Below are positions 1-9,853 of a DNA stretch of 64,000 bases, piece by piece. The translations under genes were made by a program, and so were the position numbers. The stretch lies in the IMG/VR virus record IMGVR_UViG_3300025122_006404, positions 1-64,000 of that record; one strand, 5' to 3'. Below the pieces are notes generated by a model. The model was not told the DNA's origin. It saw only the letters and a program-made list of their open reading frames with translations, and searched no databases. Every line of letters begins with the position of its first letter. Within the stretch, counting starts at the first letter, position 1. The DNA is from a virus.

Positions 1-2
1 AG

Positions 3-2534
3 ATTATTTGTGATGCAATTGAGAGAACGCACGATATTGCGTGGGATCAGTGTGAAGAGGTGTGGTTTGATGAGGAGGCAAAGCTGCCAACATTCGATAA
101 ACCAGGAAACTCTGCATTTAGCCAGCTCGTAAAGAGAGTTAAGAGTGCACTGGTAAAAGAAGATCTTCATACAGTTCAGGAATATGTGGATAGGACTAAG
201 ATGGAGCTCGAAGACATTAAGTATCTTGGATTTGAGAACTACTTTTTAACCATGACAAAGGTGTTTGATCTTGCCTCACAAAGCACTATCATCGGTCCTG
301 GCAGGGGATCGGGTGCAGGATCTCTGGTAAATTATCTTCTTGGAATTACCACAACAGACCCAATTAAATATGGTCTCTTATGGGAGAGGTTCCTTCATCG
401 ATCTAAGGCAGGATGGCCAGATATTGATACTGACGCGGGCGATAGAGATATTCTTATTGACTCTGCTCGACAGTTATTTGGCGAAGAGTCTGTCGTCCCC
501 GTTTCAAATTTTAACACGCTCAAGATAAAGTCTCTAATTAAGGACGTATCAAAGTTTTACGGCATTGACTTCGGAGAAGTAAATGCTATGACAAACAAGC
601 TTGAGAGAGATGTCATTCACAAAGCAATGGGTGATCACGAAGAGAGGTCTACTTACGTTTTAACTCATGAGGATTGTATGAAATACTCGAGTGATTATGT
701 TGACTTTATGGAAAAATATCCTAAGCTATGCGAGCATGTACAAAATCTCTTTATGGAGTCAAGATCGATTGGAAGACACGCAGGCGGTGTTCTTATTTGT
801 CCAAACCTTGAGAAGTACATGCCTGTTATCAAGGTCCGAGGCGAGCTTCAAACTCCATGGTCAGAAGGAATGAATTTTAGACACCTTGAGCCTAACGGAT
901 TTTTAAAATTTGATTTTCTGGGTCTCACCACTCTTAAAATGGTTGAGGATTGCATTCGTCTTGTTCTGAGGAAAGAAGGAAATAGCTCTCCCACATTTTC
1001 CCATATTCAAAAGTTTTTTGATGATAATATCAATTGTCGGTATAATGATCTTAATGATCAAAATGTCTGGGAGCATGTATATCACAAGGGAAGATTTGTT
1101 CAAATATTTCAATTTACCCAGCAAGGAGCAAGGAATTTTTGCATGACTGCTAAGCCTCGGACCCTTGAAGAGCTCGCTACCATCACAGCAATCTATAGGC
1201 CCGGACCGCTAGCAGCGGGAGTGCATAGAAAGTATGTGAAAGCAAAGAAATCTGTTGAGGATGGAAACCCAATTAAATACGATCATCCGGTGATCGAGGA
1301 AATCCTAAGTGAGACCTACGGTTTCATCTCTTTTCAAGAGCAGTTCATGCTTCTTGCTCAGAAGCTTGCAAACTTTGACAAGGGAGAATCTGACAAGATG
1401 AGAAAGACGCTTGTTAAGAAATCACTTGATTCTAATGATGCAAAAGTTAAAGAGAGAATAGCTTTAAGGAAGAAGTTTGTTGATGGAGCTGTTGAGACCT
1501 CTGAGATGGATAGAGACAAGGCTGAGAAGCTGTATGAGACCATCGAGTATTTTTCCGGGTATGGCTTCAACAAGTCTCATGCAGTGTCTTACGCCATTGA
1601 TTCCTACTACTCTGCATGGCTCCACACGTACTATGAGAAAGAGTGGCTCGCGACCTGTCTTCAGACTCAAAATGGAAGTAATAAGTTTGGAAAGGTAATA
1701 AGTGAGATAAAGTCTCTTGGATATACAATTCTTCCGCCGGATATAAATACCTCTTCAGACGTCTGGGTTTACAGTGAAGAAAGAAATGGATTTGTCCCAC
1801 CTTTAACCGCAATTAAAGGACTGGGTGACGCTGCAGTGTCTGAAATCATGGAAAGACGACCTTTTTCAAATATTGATGAGATGCTTTTTACTGAGGATGG
1901 AAAATGGAGTCCCTCCAAGATGAACAAGACATGCTTTGATTCCCTGTGTAAGGTGGAAGCATTTAATTCACTTAAAGAGCTCCGGGATGGAGATATTGAT
2001 AACCACCGACAGCTTCATGAGATTATAGTTGGAAATTATGACCTCCTTAAAAAGGGTCGATATGGAATGACAAAAACTGCTTTTAAAAGGCTAGAGAAGG
2101 CTGGCGAATTCGTTCCTGCCTTTATTCCTGAAAAGACAAGAGAATCTCATGATATTCAGGACTGGAACCGATCAGATAAAATAGGGTTTAGCATAGACTT
2201 GATGTCGGGAGTAGATGAGGACTTAGCTTTTCCACCTGGGCTTATGAAAAAAATTAGAAATTCTAAAGTTCCCTCTATTGCGTCATTATCTGGAAATCAA
2301 AAAAAGATTGCCTGGTTCTGCATACAGGAGATCGAAGAAAGGCAGACAAAAAATGGAAAAGTTTTTTACCGGATGAAGGTCTGTGACAATAATCTCGAAA
2401 CTTCATGGCTGAGAGTGTGGACTAAGTTTCAATCACTGCCTAGCTTGTACACGATCTGGATAGCTGAGGTAGCTTCAACTGAATCCTGGGGGTGTTCCAC
2501 TTCTTCCTACAAGATGAAGCAGATAAACATTTGA
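3..2534 (+). CDS. dnaE: DNA polymerase III alpha subunit (C-family), 5'-truncated by window edge
   Basis: GPGRGSGAGSLV, WPDIDTD, GRHAGGV, LKFDFLGL, YRPGP, YGFNKSHA motifs; frame is open from position 3. Confidence 0.96.
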   Translation: MICDAIERTHDIAWDQCEEVWFDEEAKLPTFDKPGNSAFSQLVKRVKSALVKEDLHTVQEYVDRTKMELEDIKYLGFENYFLTMTKVFDLASQSTIIGPGRGSGAGSLVNYLLGITTTDPIKYGLLWERFLHRSKAGWPDIDTDAGDRDILIDSARQLFGEESVVPVSNFNTLKIKSLIKDVSKFYGIDFGEVNAMTNKLERDVIHKAMGDHEERSTYVLTHEDCMKYSSDYVDFMEKYPKLCEHVQNLFMESRSIGRHAGGVLICPNLEKYMPVIKVRGELQTPWSEGMNFRHLEPNGFLKFDFLGLTTLKMVEDCIRLVLRKEGNSSPTFSHIQKFFDDNINCRYNDLNDQNVWEHVYHKGRFVQIFQFTQQGARNFCMTAKPRTLEELATITAIYRPGPLAAGVHRKYVKAKKSVEDGNPIKYDHPVIEEILSETYGFISFQEQFMLLAQKLANFDKGESDKMRKTLVKKSLDSNDAKVKERIALRKKFVDGAVETSEMDRDKAEKLYETIEYFSGYGFNKSHAVSYAIDSYYSAWLHTYYEKEWLATCLQTQNGSNKFGKVISEIKSLGYTILPPDINTSSDVWVYSEERNGFVPPLTAIKGLGDAAVSEIMERRPFSNIDEMLFTEDGKWSPSKMNKTCFDSLCKVEAFNSLKELRDGDIDNHRQLHEIIVGNYDLLKKGRYGMTKTAFKRLEKAGEFVPAFIPEKTRESHDIQDWNRSDKIGFSIDLMSGVDEDLAFPPGLMKKIRNSKVPSIASLSGNQKKIAWFCIQEIEERQTKNGKVFYRMKVCDNNLETSWLRVWTKFQSLPSLYTIWIAEVASTESWGCSTSSYKMKQINI

Positions 2535-2543
2535 GTATAAAAA

Positions 2544-3074
2544 TTAAACCTTTTTTAATTTTTCTTCAGTTTCTTTGGCTAGGTTTGCTAGATCACTGCT
2601 GGATCGAATTTTTCCACCACCCACATTAAAAATGACTTTACATTCAATTTTTTCACATAGTTCAAACTCTGGGACATTTTGCGCAGAGTCCCTGTCACCA
2701 CCTTTGGTAAAATATTGCGGCTTCAGTGCTTCTATGGCACCGGTCACTGTTTGAGTTCCGTCATCCCAGCCAAGAACATAGTCAACTCCCTCAATTCCGG
2801 CAACAATCTCCATTCTTTCATTATGCGGCATAAAAGCGTAACCTTTTTTTCGATAGAGAAACCCATCTCCATTAACGATGACAACAAAAATTCCCGCATT
2901 TCCTTTTCTACTATCTTGGCACATCCGGGCTGTTTGTCGAATACACTTCAGATGTCCTACATGAAGAGGATCAAACCCTCCAGAAGTACAATATACATCA
3001 AATCCCAAAGAATCTAAAGACATTTTAAGATCGGTAACTTCTTGGTGAGAATATATTTTTTTATTTGATATCAT
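2544..3074 (-). CDS. HxGH cytidylyl/adenylyltransferase (TagD/RfaE/RibL-like)
   Basis: SGGFDPLHVGH, ERMEIV..GVDYV, KGGDR, SSS motifs. Confidence 0.88.
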   Translation of the reverse strand: MISNKKIYSHQEVTDLKMSLDSLGFDVYCTSGGFDPLHVGHLKCIRQTARMCQDSRKGNAGIFVVIVNGDGFLYRKKGYAFMPHNERMEIVAGIEGVDYVLGWDDGTQTVTGAIEALKPQYFTKGGDRDSAQNVPEFELCEKIECKVIFNVGGGKIRSSSDLANLAKETEEKLKKV

Positions 3075-3138
3075 TAAATGCTCCTATGCAAGTATCTATA
3101 GATTATTATAAAATTTGATTCTGTGTGTATAATAAACT

Positions 3139-4044
3139 ATGCTTACTTTTCCTACCCAAAATTTATTTATTGAAGGACCAGATTGTGCTGGAAAGACCAC
3201 AACGATTAGAAAAATTCATAATTTAAGCAATTATAGATGGCACATTCATGATAGATCACAAGTTTCTCGAAAGGTATTTGCAGAACTCTATGAAAGAAAA
3301 AATTCCAATATTAACTCTGATTTTCATTTTGAAATCTCCAATCTTAATAATCGATTTGTTTTTTTATTGCCACCCTTTGAAACCATTGAAGAAAGGTTTT
3401 TAAAAAGAGGAGATGACCTACATCAGGATCTCACCTCAATTAAAAATGTTTATGATGCTTTTTCGGAGGAGTGCGAAGGCCTCTTTTCCTTTCCTAATGT
3501 CATCGTATGCCGAGAAGAAAATACTGATAGTATTTCTGAGACGATATCCTGCTCTCTAACTCTCACTGAAAGATGTATGATCCAAGAGGTTTCAGATCAA
3601 GTTTTAGATTTTGTTAGATGCAAAGGAGGAGAGTCATATCCTTTGAAATTTACTCTCTATGATAATGGACAATTTGAAGAATCCAATTCAGAAATTCTTT
3701 GTCATGAATCTGAAGGAGACTATTATCGTCGAATTTTTAATTCATTTCATAAAAAAATTAATAATGAACTAGAGGGTAAAAATGAATATAGCAGGATTGA
3801 AACGCATAGATCCCGAAGATTTGTATATTCTGATCCATCATGTATCTCTTTTATTCACATGGCAGTAAGAGATAAAATTATGGATTTTCATTCAGTTATT
3901 AGATCAACTGATGTTAAAGAAATCTTTCCACACGATCTTAAGTTTCTTTACTATCTAGCCTCAACATGCTATGATAAATTTGAAAAAGATTGTGATAAGG
4001 TAAGAATGAGATTTAATTTAAATTCTGCGCATATTATTAATTGA
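3139..4044 (+). CDS. dNMP kinase fused to a minimal thymidylate-synthase-fold domain (dCMP-modifying type)
   Basis: N-terminal IEGPDCAGKTT P-loop plus HDRS; C-terminal SRR, Cys235, RSTD, Asp266 at the TS Asn177 position, SAH. Confidence 0.75.
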   Translation: MLTFPTQNLFIEGPDCAGKTTTIRKIHNLSNYRWHIHDRSQVSRKVFAELYERKNSNINSDFHFEISNLNNRFVFLLPPFETIEERFLKRGDDLHQDLTSIKNVYDAFSEECEGLFSFPNVIVCREENTDSISETISCSLTLTERCMIQEVSDQVLDFVRCKGGESYPLKFTLYDNGQFEESNSEILCHESEGDYYRRIFNSFHKKINNELEGKNEYSRIETHRSRRFVYSDPSCISFIHMAVRDKIMDFHSVIRSTDVKEIFPHDLKFLYYLASTCYDKFEKDCDKVRMRFNLNSAHIIN

Positions 4045-4092
4045 GATTTAAACTCTTTTTATTTATGGGTTAAAATATTTCTGGAGGTTATT

Positions 4093-5103
4093 TTGAAACG
4101 TGCATTAGTAACAGGAGGGTGTGGGTTCATAGGCTCTAATCTTTCTCACGAACTGGTAAAAAGAGGGTGGACAGTTGATATTATTGATGATATGTCTAAT
4201 GGGCATCTAGATCTTTTAGAAGGTCTAAAATTTCGGGCAATTCCTATAGATTTACTAGATGAATTTTATAATCAGAGGTATGCAGCGACAGGAAACACAA
4301 GAGACCCAAATGAGGTCCATGTAATTGAAGGAGATTTTGCACATCAAAATATTTGTAAAAATATTTCAGAAAAAATGTATGATGTTGTTTTTCATCAGGC
4401 AGCTGTACCGAGAGTTTCATACTCAGTTGAAAATCCTGCTCATACCACAGATGTGAATATTTCTTCAACTGTGAGGTTGTTTGAGGCCTGTCGGGGATCT
4501 GTTAACCGGATCGTCTGGGCGTCTTCTTCATCAGTGTATGGTGGAGCTGATACTCTTCCTACTGCGGAAACCACAGAAAAAAATCCAAAATCTCCCTATG
4601 CGTGGCAAAAAACTTCCATAGAAGACCTAGCGTCCCTTTTTGGATCTCTGTATGATCTTGACATTGTTTGTTTGAGATATTTTAATGTTTTTGGTCCAGG
4701 ACAATATGGCGACTCACCTTATGCAACTGCTGTTTCATCATGGTGTCATCGAACAAAAAATGCAATGCCCCTTCGATCTGACGGAGATGGATCTCAATCT
4801 AGAGATCTGTGTTACATTGATAATGTTGTTGAGGCTAATATTTTAGCAGCACTATCCGAGAGAAAATTTATGGGAGAAGCATATAATGTTGCCTGCGGAG
4901 ATAAAACAACTAATAGAGAAATTCTTGAACATTTTAAGAAAAAGTTTTCTCACACTATTGTGCAAGAAGCACCGTGGCGACCAGGAGACGTAATGCATAC
5001 ACAGGCAGATATTTCTAAAATTCAGAATGATTTAGGATATGAGGTTAAGGTAAGATTTTGGGCAGGGCTTCAAAAAACCCTGGACTGGTGGGGTCTGATT
5101 TAA
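4093..5103 (+). CDS. NAD-dependent nucleotide-sugar epimerase/dehydratase (extended SDR)
   Basis: TGGCGFIG, SSSSVYG, YAWQK (YxxxK), LRYFNVFGP. Confidence 0.93.
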   Translation: MKRALVTGGCGFIGSNLSHELVKRGWTVDIIDDMSNGHLDLLEGLKFRAIPIDLLDEFYNQRYAATGNTRDPNEVHVIEGDFAHQNICKNISEKMYDVVFHQAAVPRVSYSVENPAHTTDVNISSTVRLFEACRGSVNRIVWASSSSVYGGADTLPTAETTEKNPKSPYAWQKTSIEDLASLFGSLYDLDIVCLRYFNVFGPGQYGDSPYATAVSSWCHRTKNAMPLRSDGDGSQSRDLCYIDNVVEANILAALSERKFMGEAYNVACGDKTTNREILEHFKKKFSHTIVQEAPWRPGDVMHTQADISKIQNDLGYEVKVRFWAGLQKTLDWWGLI

Positions 5104-5104
5104 T

Positions 5105-6127
5105 ATGAAAACATATTATTCATTTGATGACATATTTTTATTTCCACGCTATTCTGATTGTACATCTCGATCTGAAATTGATTCATCCGTCACCATTGGA
5201 GATTTTAAATTAAAGGTTCCAATCATTTCATCAAATATGGATACTGTAACAGAAAGCCATATGGCATCTACCCTCTGGGAGGCAGGTGCCGTGGGAGCTC
5301 TCCATAGATTTATGGATGTTAAAGAAAATGTTTGCGAGTATGGCAGGGTCCGGGATAAAAGAGCTGACTGTTTTGTGTCTGTAGGGATTAATGAAAATAA
5401 TAAAGAAAGGTCTAGAGCTTTGTATGCAGAAGGAGCAAGGCATTTTATTATTGATGTAGCTCATGGACATTCTGAGCTTATGAAAGATCAATTGTCTTGG
5501 ATGAGAGAGGAATTTGGAGATACAATTTATATCGTGGCGGGAAATGTAGCAACTCCCGGGGGAGTCAGACATTTGCACTCGTGGGGAGCAGACTGTATAA
5601 AGGTGGGAGTTGGGGGAGGCTCTTGTTGTAAGACCCGAGTGGTGACAGGTCACGGAGTCCCTATGTTTTCTTGTCTCTTAGAGTGCTGTGAGACAGCAGA
5701 TGAAAATAACATAAAGGTCATTGCAGACGGAGGAATAAGATCCTCAGGAGATATTGTTAAATCTCTCGCCACAGGTGCCAACCTTGTTATGTTGGGAAGT
5801 TTATTAGCAGGAACCACAGAAGCTCCAGGAGAAATAACTTATACCCCAGACGGCCCGAGTAAGGATTTTAGAGGAATGGCCTCCCAATTGGCAATGGAAA
5901 ACAGATACGGCAGCACAAGAGTTAGCTTTCCCACTGCAGAAGGGGTTGCCACGAGAGTCTCGTGTAAGGGTCCTGTAAAAGATGTAATAAATCATCTCGC
6001 CCTGGGATTAAAAAGTGGGATGTCATATTGCGGAGCTCAAACCATTTCAGAAATTCCAATTAAAGCCCGATGGGGGATCCAATCATACAATGGCTTCAAA
6101 GAGGGTATCCCCCATATAATTAGATAA
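5105..6127 (+). CDS. IMP dehydrogenase / GMP reductase family (no CBS domains)
   Basis: SSNMDTVTE, DVAHGHS, GNVAT, KVGVGGGSCCKTR, IADGGI, GMAS. Confidence 0.9.
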   Translation: MKTYYSFDDIFLFPRYSDCTSRSEIDSSVTIGDFKLKVPIISSNMDTVTESHMASTLWEAGAVGALHRFMDVKENVCEYGRVRDKRADCFVSVGINENNKERSRALYAEGARHFIIDVAHGHSELMKDQLSWMREEFGDTIYIVAGNVATPGGVRHLHSWGADCIKVGVGGGSCCKTRVVTGHGVPMFSCLLECCETADENNIKVIADGGIRSSGDIVKSLATGANLVMLGSLLAGTTEAPGEITYTPDGPSKDFRGMASQLAMENRYGSTRVSFPTAEGVATRVSCKGPVKDVINHLALGLKSGMSYCGAQTISEIPIKARWGIQSYNGFKEGIPHIIR

Positions 6128-6169
6128 TATGTCCAATATATTCGAGTCTAAAAAGCATGTTAGGTCTGC

Positions 6170-6757
6170 ATGGAAGGGATCATGGTAAATCCTGAATTTA
6201 TTATTTTTACTGGTCCCATGTTTGGGTCCAAGACAACAAGATTAATTGCTGCAGTGGACAGGTTTAGATACCAAAATAAAACTATTGCTGCATTTAAACC
6301 GAGTCTAGATAATCGATATGCCATATCAAAAATTAAAACCCACTCAGGTGGTACCCTCGATGCAGAATGTGTAAATTCAGGAAATGATATTATAAAATAT
6401 ATTTCTAACCATCACTCTGACATTGATGTCATTGCAGTAGATGAGGCTTTTATGATAAAGGACGTCGCTATTTCTTTAATCGATCTCTTTAAAAGAGGAA
6501 AAACTATTATTGTTTCTTCTATTCAAATTTCATCGAGTGGAAAGATATTTGAAGAAATTCGTGATATGATGCCCTGGGCCACTAAGATAGAGATTTGTCC
6601 GGCAGTGTGTACAGTTTCCGGAAATGACGCGTATTATACTTACAGAAAATCAGAAGAGATAAGAGAAATCGAGGTAGGGGGACCCGAGCTTTATGAACCT
6701 CGATGCTTTTGTCACCATATTCATATAAATTTAAGAGATTATCATGGCCCTCATTGA
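6170..6757 (+). CDS. tdk: thymidine kinase
   Basis: GPMFGSKT P-loop, FKP..D.RY, VDEAF, EVGGPELYEPRC. Confidence 0.9.
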   Translation: MEGIMVNPEFIIFTGPMFGSKTTRLIAAVDRFRYQNKTIAAFKPSLDNRYAISKIKTHSGGTLDAECVNSGNDIIKYISNHHSDIDVIAVDEAFMIKDVAISLIDLFKRGKTIIVSSIQISSSGKIFEEIRDMMPWATKIEICPAVCTVSGNDAYYTYRKSEEIREIEVGGPELYEPRCFCHHIHINLRDYHGPH

Positions 6758-7751
6758 ATCCAATAACATTGACTGTGTGATCTACCATGCCGACTGTACG
6801 GATGGATTTGGAGCAGCTTATTCTGCTTGGAAACTTTTAGGTAATAGGGCAGAATATCACTCCTGCAAGCACGGTACAGTTCCTCCAGATATAAAGGGAA
6901 AAAATGTTGTAATTCTTGATTTTTCTTTTGACAATTCAACTACTAAAAAAATGATTGAAGAAGCTGAAGCTCTATTGATTATTGATCATCATAAGTCTGC
7001 AATGGTTGAGCTTCATGATATTTCTAATACTCAGTTTGACATGACTAAGTCAGGCGCTATTCTTGCATGGGAATTCTTTCATCCAGGGAAAGAGCCGCCG
7101 AAATTCATTCGATATATTCAAGATCGCGATCTTTGGAAGTGGGAACTTGAATACTCGAAAGAGTTCTCAGCCGCATTTGATATGGTTCCCTTTGAGTTTG
7201 AAGAGTTTGAAAAATTTGAGGATGACTCAGTCTTTGATGATGCTGTAAAAAGAGGATCTTATATTCTTGCATATTCAAAGACAGTTGTTAAAAAGGTGTG
7301 CGACAAAGCTGTATCTCGAAAATACAAAGGAATGAATGTCCTTGTTGTAAATTCATCTCACTGGATGTCAGAGATCGGCGCGAGACTAGCTCCAGACTGT
7401 GACTTTGCTATTAGCTGGTATTACGATCATGAGGACAAGATGATAAAGGTAAGTCTTAGATCCTTTCACGAAGCAGTAGACGTTTCTGAAATTGCTAAGG
7501 AATTTGGTGGCGGAGGCCATCGAAAAGCAGCAGGATTTCAATTAGCAGGAGATTTAAATGTTGATGACATTTTTGACATAGAGGAGGAAGAGATAGAGAC
7601 AATCTCAGAAAAAGCAGAGGAAATCAAAGAAGAGGTTCAAGTTCTAATTAAAAAGGCTGAAGAAGCAGGTGTCAATGTAAAAGTGGACTCCGAGGAAAAT
7701 ACAGTAGTGATTCAAGATGTTAAAATTCAAAATGAAAACTCTTCTGAGTGA
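6744..7751 (+). CDS. DHH/DHHA1 family phosphoesterase
   Basis: YHADCTDG, LDFS, IDHH, GGGGHRKAAGF. Confidence 0.9.
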   Translation: MALIESNNIDCVIYHADCTDGFGAAYSAWKLLGNRAEYHSCKHGTVPPDIKGKNVVILDFSFDNSTTKKMIEEAEALLIIDHHKSAMVELHDISNTQFDMTKSGAILAWEFFHPGKEPPKFIRYIQDRDLWKWELEYSKEFSAAFDMVPFEFEEFEKFEDDSVFDDAVKRGSYILAYSKTVVKKVCDKAVSRKYKGMNVLVVNSSHWMSEIGARLAPDCDFAISWYYDHEDKMIKVSLRSFHEAVDVSEIAKEFGGGGHRKAAGFQLAGDLNVDDIFDIEEEEIETISEKAEEIKEEVQVLIKKAEEAGVNVKVDSEENTVVIQDVKIQNENSSE

Positions 7752-7771
7752 TATCAGTTAAGGAGAAAACT

Positions 7772-8179
7772 ATGCGGCCTTCTTGGAATCACGTGTGGAT
7801 GAAGTTTGCTCATTCTATCGCCGAACGATCCTGTGATCCTCAATATAAAGTGGGAGCTATCGTAGTAACTCAGGATAACACTCAGGTTCTTGCTGTGGGA
7901 TATAACGGAGATCATGCAGGAGGACCAAATACAATTGATTCTCGCGAACCAGGCGAGTCGGGATTTATACACGCTGAGATCAATGCCTTAATAAAGTGTG
8001 ATTTTAACACCCCGAAGGAGAAAATAATGTATGTGACCCTTTCACCCTGTAAGATGTGCGCCAAGGCTATTATTAATGCAGGAATTTCTAGGGTAGTGTA
8101 TTGCGATGAATATAGGGACACTGCTGGGATCGAACTTTTAAATTCTTACAACATTAGAGTTGACAAATTTGACATGTGA
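7772..8179 (+). CDS. dCMP deaminase (ComEB-like)
   Basis: GYNG, HAEINA, SPCKMC; ATG 7772 follows AGGAG. Confidence 0.9.
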   Translation: MRPSWNHVWMKFAHSIAERSCDPQYKVGAIVVTQDNTQVLAVGYNGDHAGGPNTIDSREPGESGFIHAEINALIKCDFNTPKEKIMYVTLSPCKMCAKAIINAGISRVVYCDEYRDTAGIELLNSYNIRVDKFDM

Positions 8180-8183
8180 CGTG

Positions 8184-8190
8184 ATATTTA
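8184..8190 (+). promoter_or_regulatory. class II (putative late) motif ATATTTA
   Basis: recurrent intergenic motif about 5-25 nt upstream of starts. Confidence 0.55.
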
Positions 8191-8212
8191 TATAATAGAA
8201 ACGGCGTCTCAA

Positions 8213-8512
8213 TTGATCAAAACTTTAACCAGCGATGACATTATAAGAATTGCTCATAGAGAGAGTCAGCATCTCTCTCATGTTAGAGCTGAAGGAATTG
8301 ATCCATTCGTAGGAAAAGGAGACAATAAAAAGATAATTATAAAAAATGGATTAAAAATTCGCCATGATAACTCAGGATTAATCTATACAGTTTTAGAAGT
8401 AAAATTTATAAACAACGGGGAAAAGATAGACTGTATTTGCTTCGCTGAGAAGTCCGAAGGTAATATTATTATCATTCCACACACAGAATTTAAAAATTAT
8501 TCACGAGCGTAA
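8213..8512 (+). CDS. hypothetical protein
   Basis: ORF downstream of ATATTTA motif; N-terminal amphipathic DIIRIAHRE. Confidence 0.65.
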   Translation: MIKTLTSDDIIRIAHRESQHLSHVRAEGIDPFVGKGDNKKIIIKNGLKIRHDNSGLIYTVLEVKFINNGEKIDCICFAEKSEGNIIIIPHTEFKNYSRA

Positions 8513-8514
8513 CT

Positions 8515-9219
8515 ATGTCAACTATTACAAATAAAGAATTAAAAGAAAATATCAAAGATTCCCTCGGGCTAGGCGTGAGTGACTCATCTCCCACTTTAAA
8601 TGAAGCTTATGTCATTCAGGAAAAATCTTTCAAGCTTCCTACTGAAATGCTTAGTTCAAAAAATAAAAGAAACCACATAGAGATCTACGATCAAAATGTC
8701 AAGGATTTTAATAGAATAAGTGCTGAGCTGGATGTCGCTGATAGATCTGCTGCATCTTCTGATCACTCGGAATATCGGTCTCTTAAACTTGATGAGACCT
8801 ATAATCTAAATGGATCCTATCTTCATGAACTTTATTTTGCTAACATTAGTGATCTTCACAGCGAAATTTCAATGGATTCTCTGACGTTTATGAGACTTGA
8901 AAGAGATTTTGGGACATTTGATGATTGGCAGCAGGATTTTATTGCATGTACACTATCTTCACGCTGCGGATGGGCCATAACTGGATTTAATCTTTATCTG
9001 CAGAGATATGTGAACTGCATGGTGGATTTACACAGTTTAAACGTTCCCGTCGGCATATATCCTGTAATTGTAATGGATGCGTGGCAGCATGCCTATTATA
9101 GGGATTATCTTAAGGATGTTAAGACCTATACATATGCAATGATGAAAGAGCTAAACTGGGAAGTAATTGAAAATAGATTTAAAAAGGCAGAAAGATTGGC
9201 CAAGGCTTTGAGAGATTAA
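8515..9219 (+). CDS. Fe/Mn superoxide dismutase-like protein with N-terminal extension
   Basis: LHELYF, RDFGTFDDW, GW, MDAWQHAYYRDY (DxWEHAY variant). Confidence 0.82.
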   Translation: MSTITNKELKENIKDSLGLGVSDSSPTLNEAYVIQEKSFKLPTEMLSSKNKRNHIEIYDQNVKDFNRISAELDVADRSAASSDHSEYRSLKLDETYNLNGSYLHELYFANISDLHSEISMDSLTFMRLERDFGTFDDWQQDFIACTLSSRCGWAITGFNLYLQRYVNCMVDLHSLNVPVGIYPVIVMDAWQHAYYRDYLKDVKTYTYAMMKELNWEVIENRFKKAERLAKALRD

Positions 9220-9220
9220 T

Positions 9221-9853
9221 ATGAAAATTAGACTAGAAGATTTAAAAAAGATGATTTTTGAGGTAGCGGTCTATGATACTGAAATGTATATGACCACTGA
9301 TGCCACTCGACTTTCTCAGGATTCGGTGGACGATCAAATTGACTCTTATGTTCTTAAAGCAGAAACAGAATCTCTGCCAGAAGAGGGAGAGCCTGATGCG
9401 ACCATCACTGTTGATGTGGAGTCGTCAGATGAGTTACCGGGAGATGTAGAACTTGATGAGTCTTTAAAGAGGTGCTCACTATCCCTCTTTACCGAGCAGG
9501 ATGCTCCAGAAGCTGAGGAAGATAAGCTTTCCGGTAGCGAGGACATGGATATTGAAGAACCCGCTCAGGAAAAAAAGATTCCTAATATTGACATAGATGC
9601 ATTTACAAAAAAGGTTGCCAGATTAGCGATGAATTCAGCAGATTTACTTGACATAAAATCTGTAGTAATAAATAGAGCGATAAACTTTGTTAGAGAAAAC
9701 TATGATGAAGCCCATGTGGATGAGATGAAAGAGATTTTAGAGACGAATTTTGATTTCGATACAGGTGATGAGCCAGATTTTCCCTCTGCTCCAGCTGCAG
9801 CCGGCGCCGGAGTCGGCGGAGGCTCGATGGGAGGCGGAGGTGCTGTTGTTTAA
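9221..9853 (+). CDS. acidic hypothetical protein, putative virion-associated
   Basis: MKIRLEDLKKMIFE N-terminus, very acidic, Gly/Ala tail. Confidence 0.7.
   Translation: MKIRLEDLKKMIFEVAVYDTEMYMTTDATRLSQDSVDDQIDSYVLKAETESLPEEGEPDATITVDVESSDELPGDVELDESLKRCSLSLFTEQDAPEAEEDKLSGSEDMDIEEPAQEKKIPNIDIDAFTKKVARLAMNSADLLDIKSVVINRAINFVRENYDEAHVDEMKEILETNFDFDTGDEPDFPSAPAAAGAGVGGGSMGGGGAVV

Noticed and set aside
3-2534. Intein or intron in dnaE
   Set aside because: Polymerase motifs follow at normal spacing with no splice-junction residues or homing endonuclease insert
6170-6757. Swapped P-loop (GPMFGSKT versus GPMFSGKT) as evidence of altered thymidine kinase specificity
   Set aside because: The catalytic Lys, DEA and lasso motifs are intact; too weak to claim a new function
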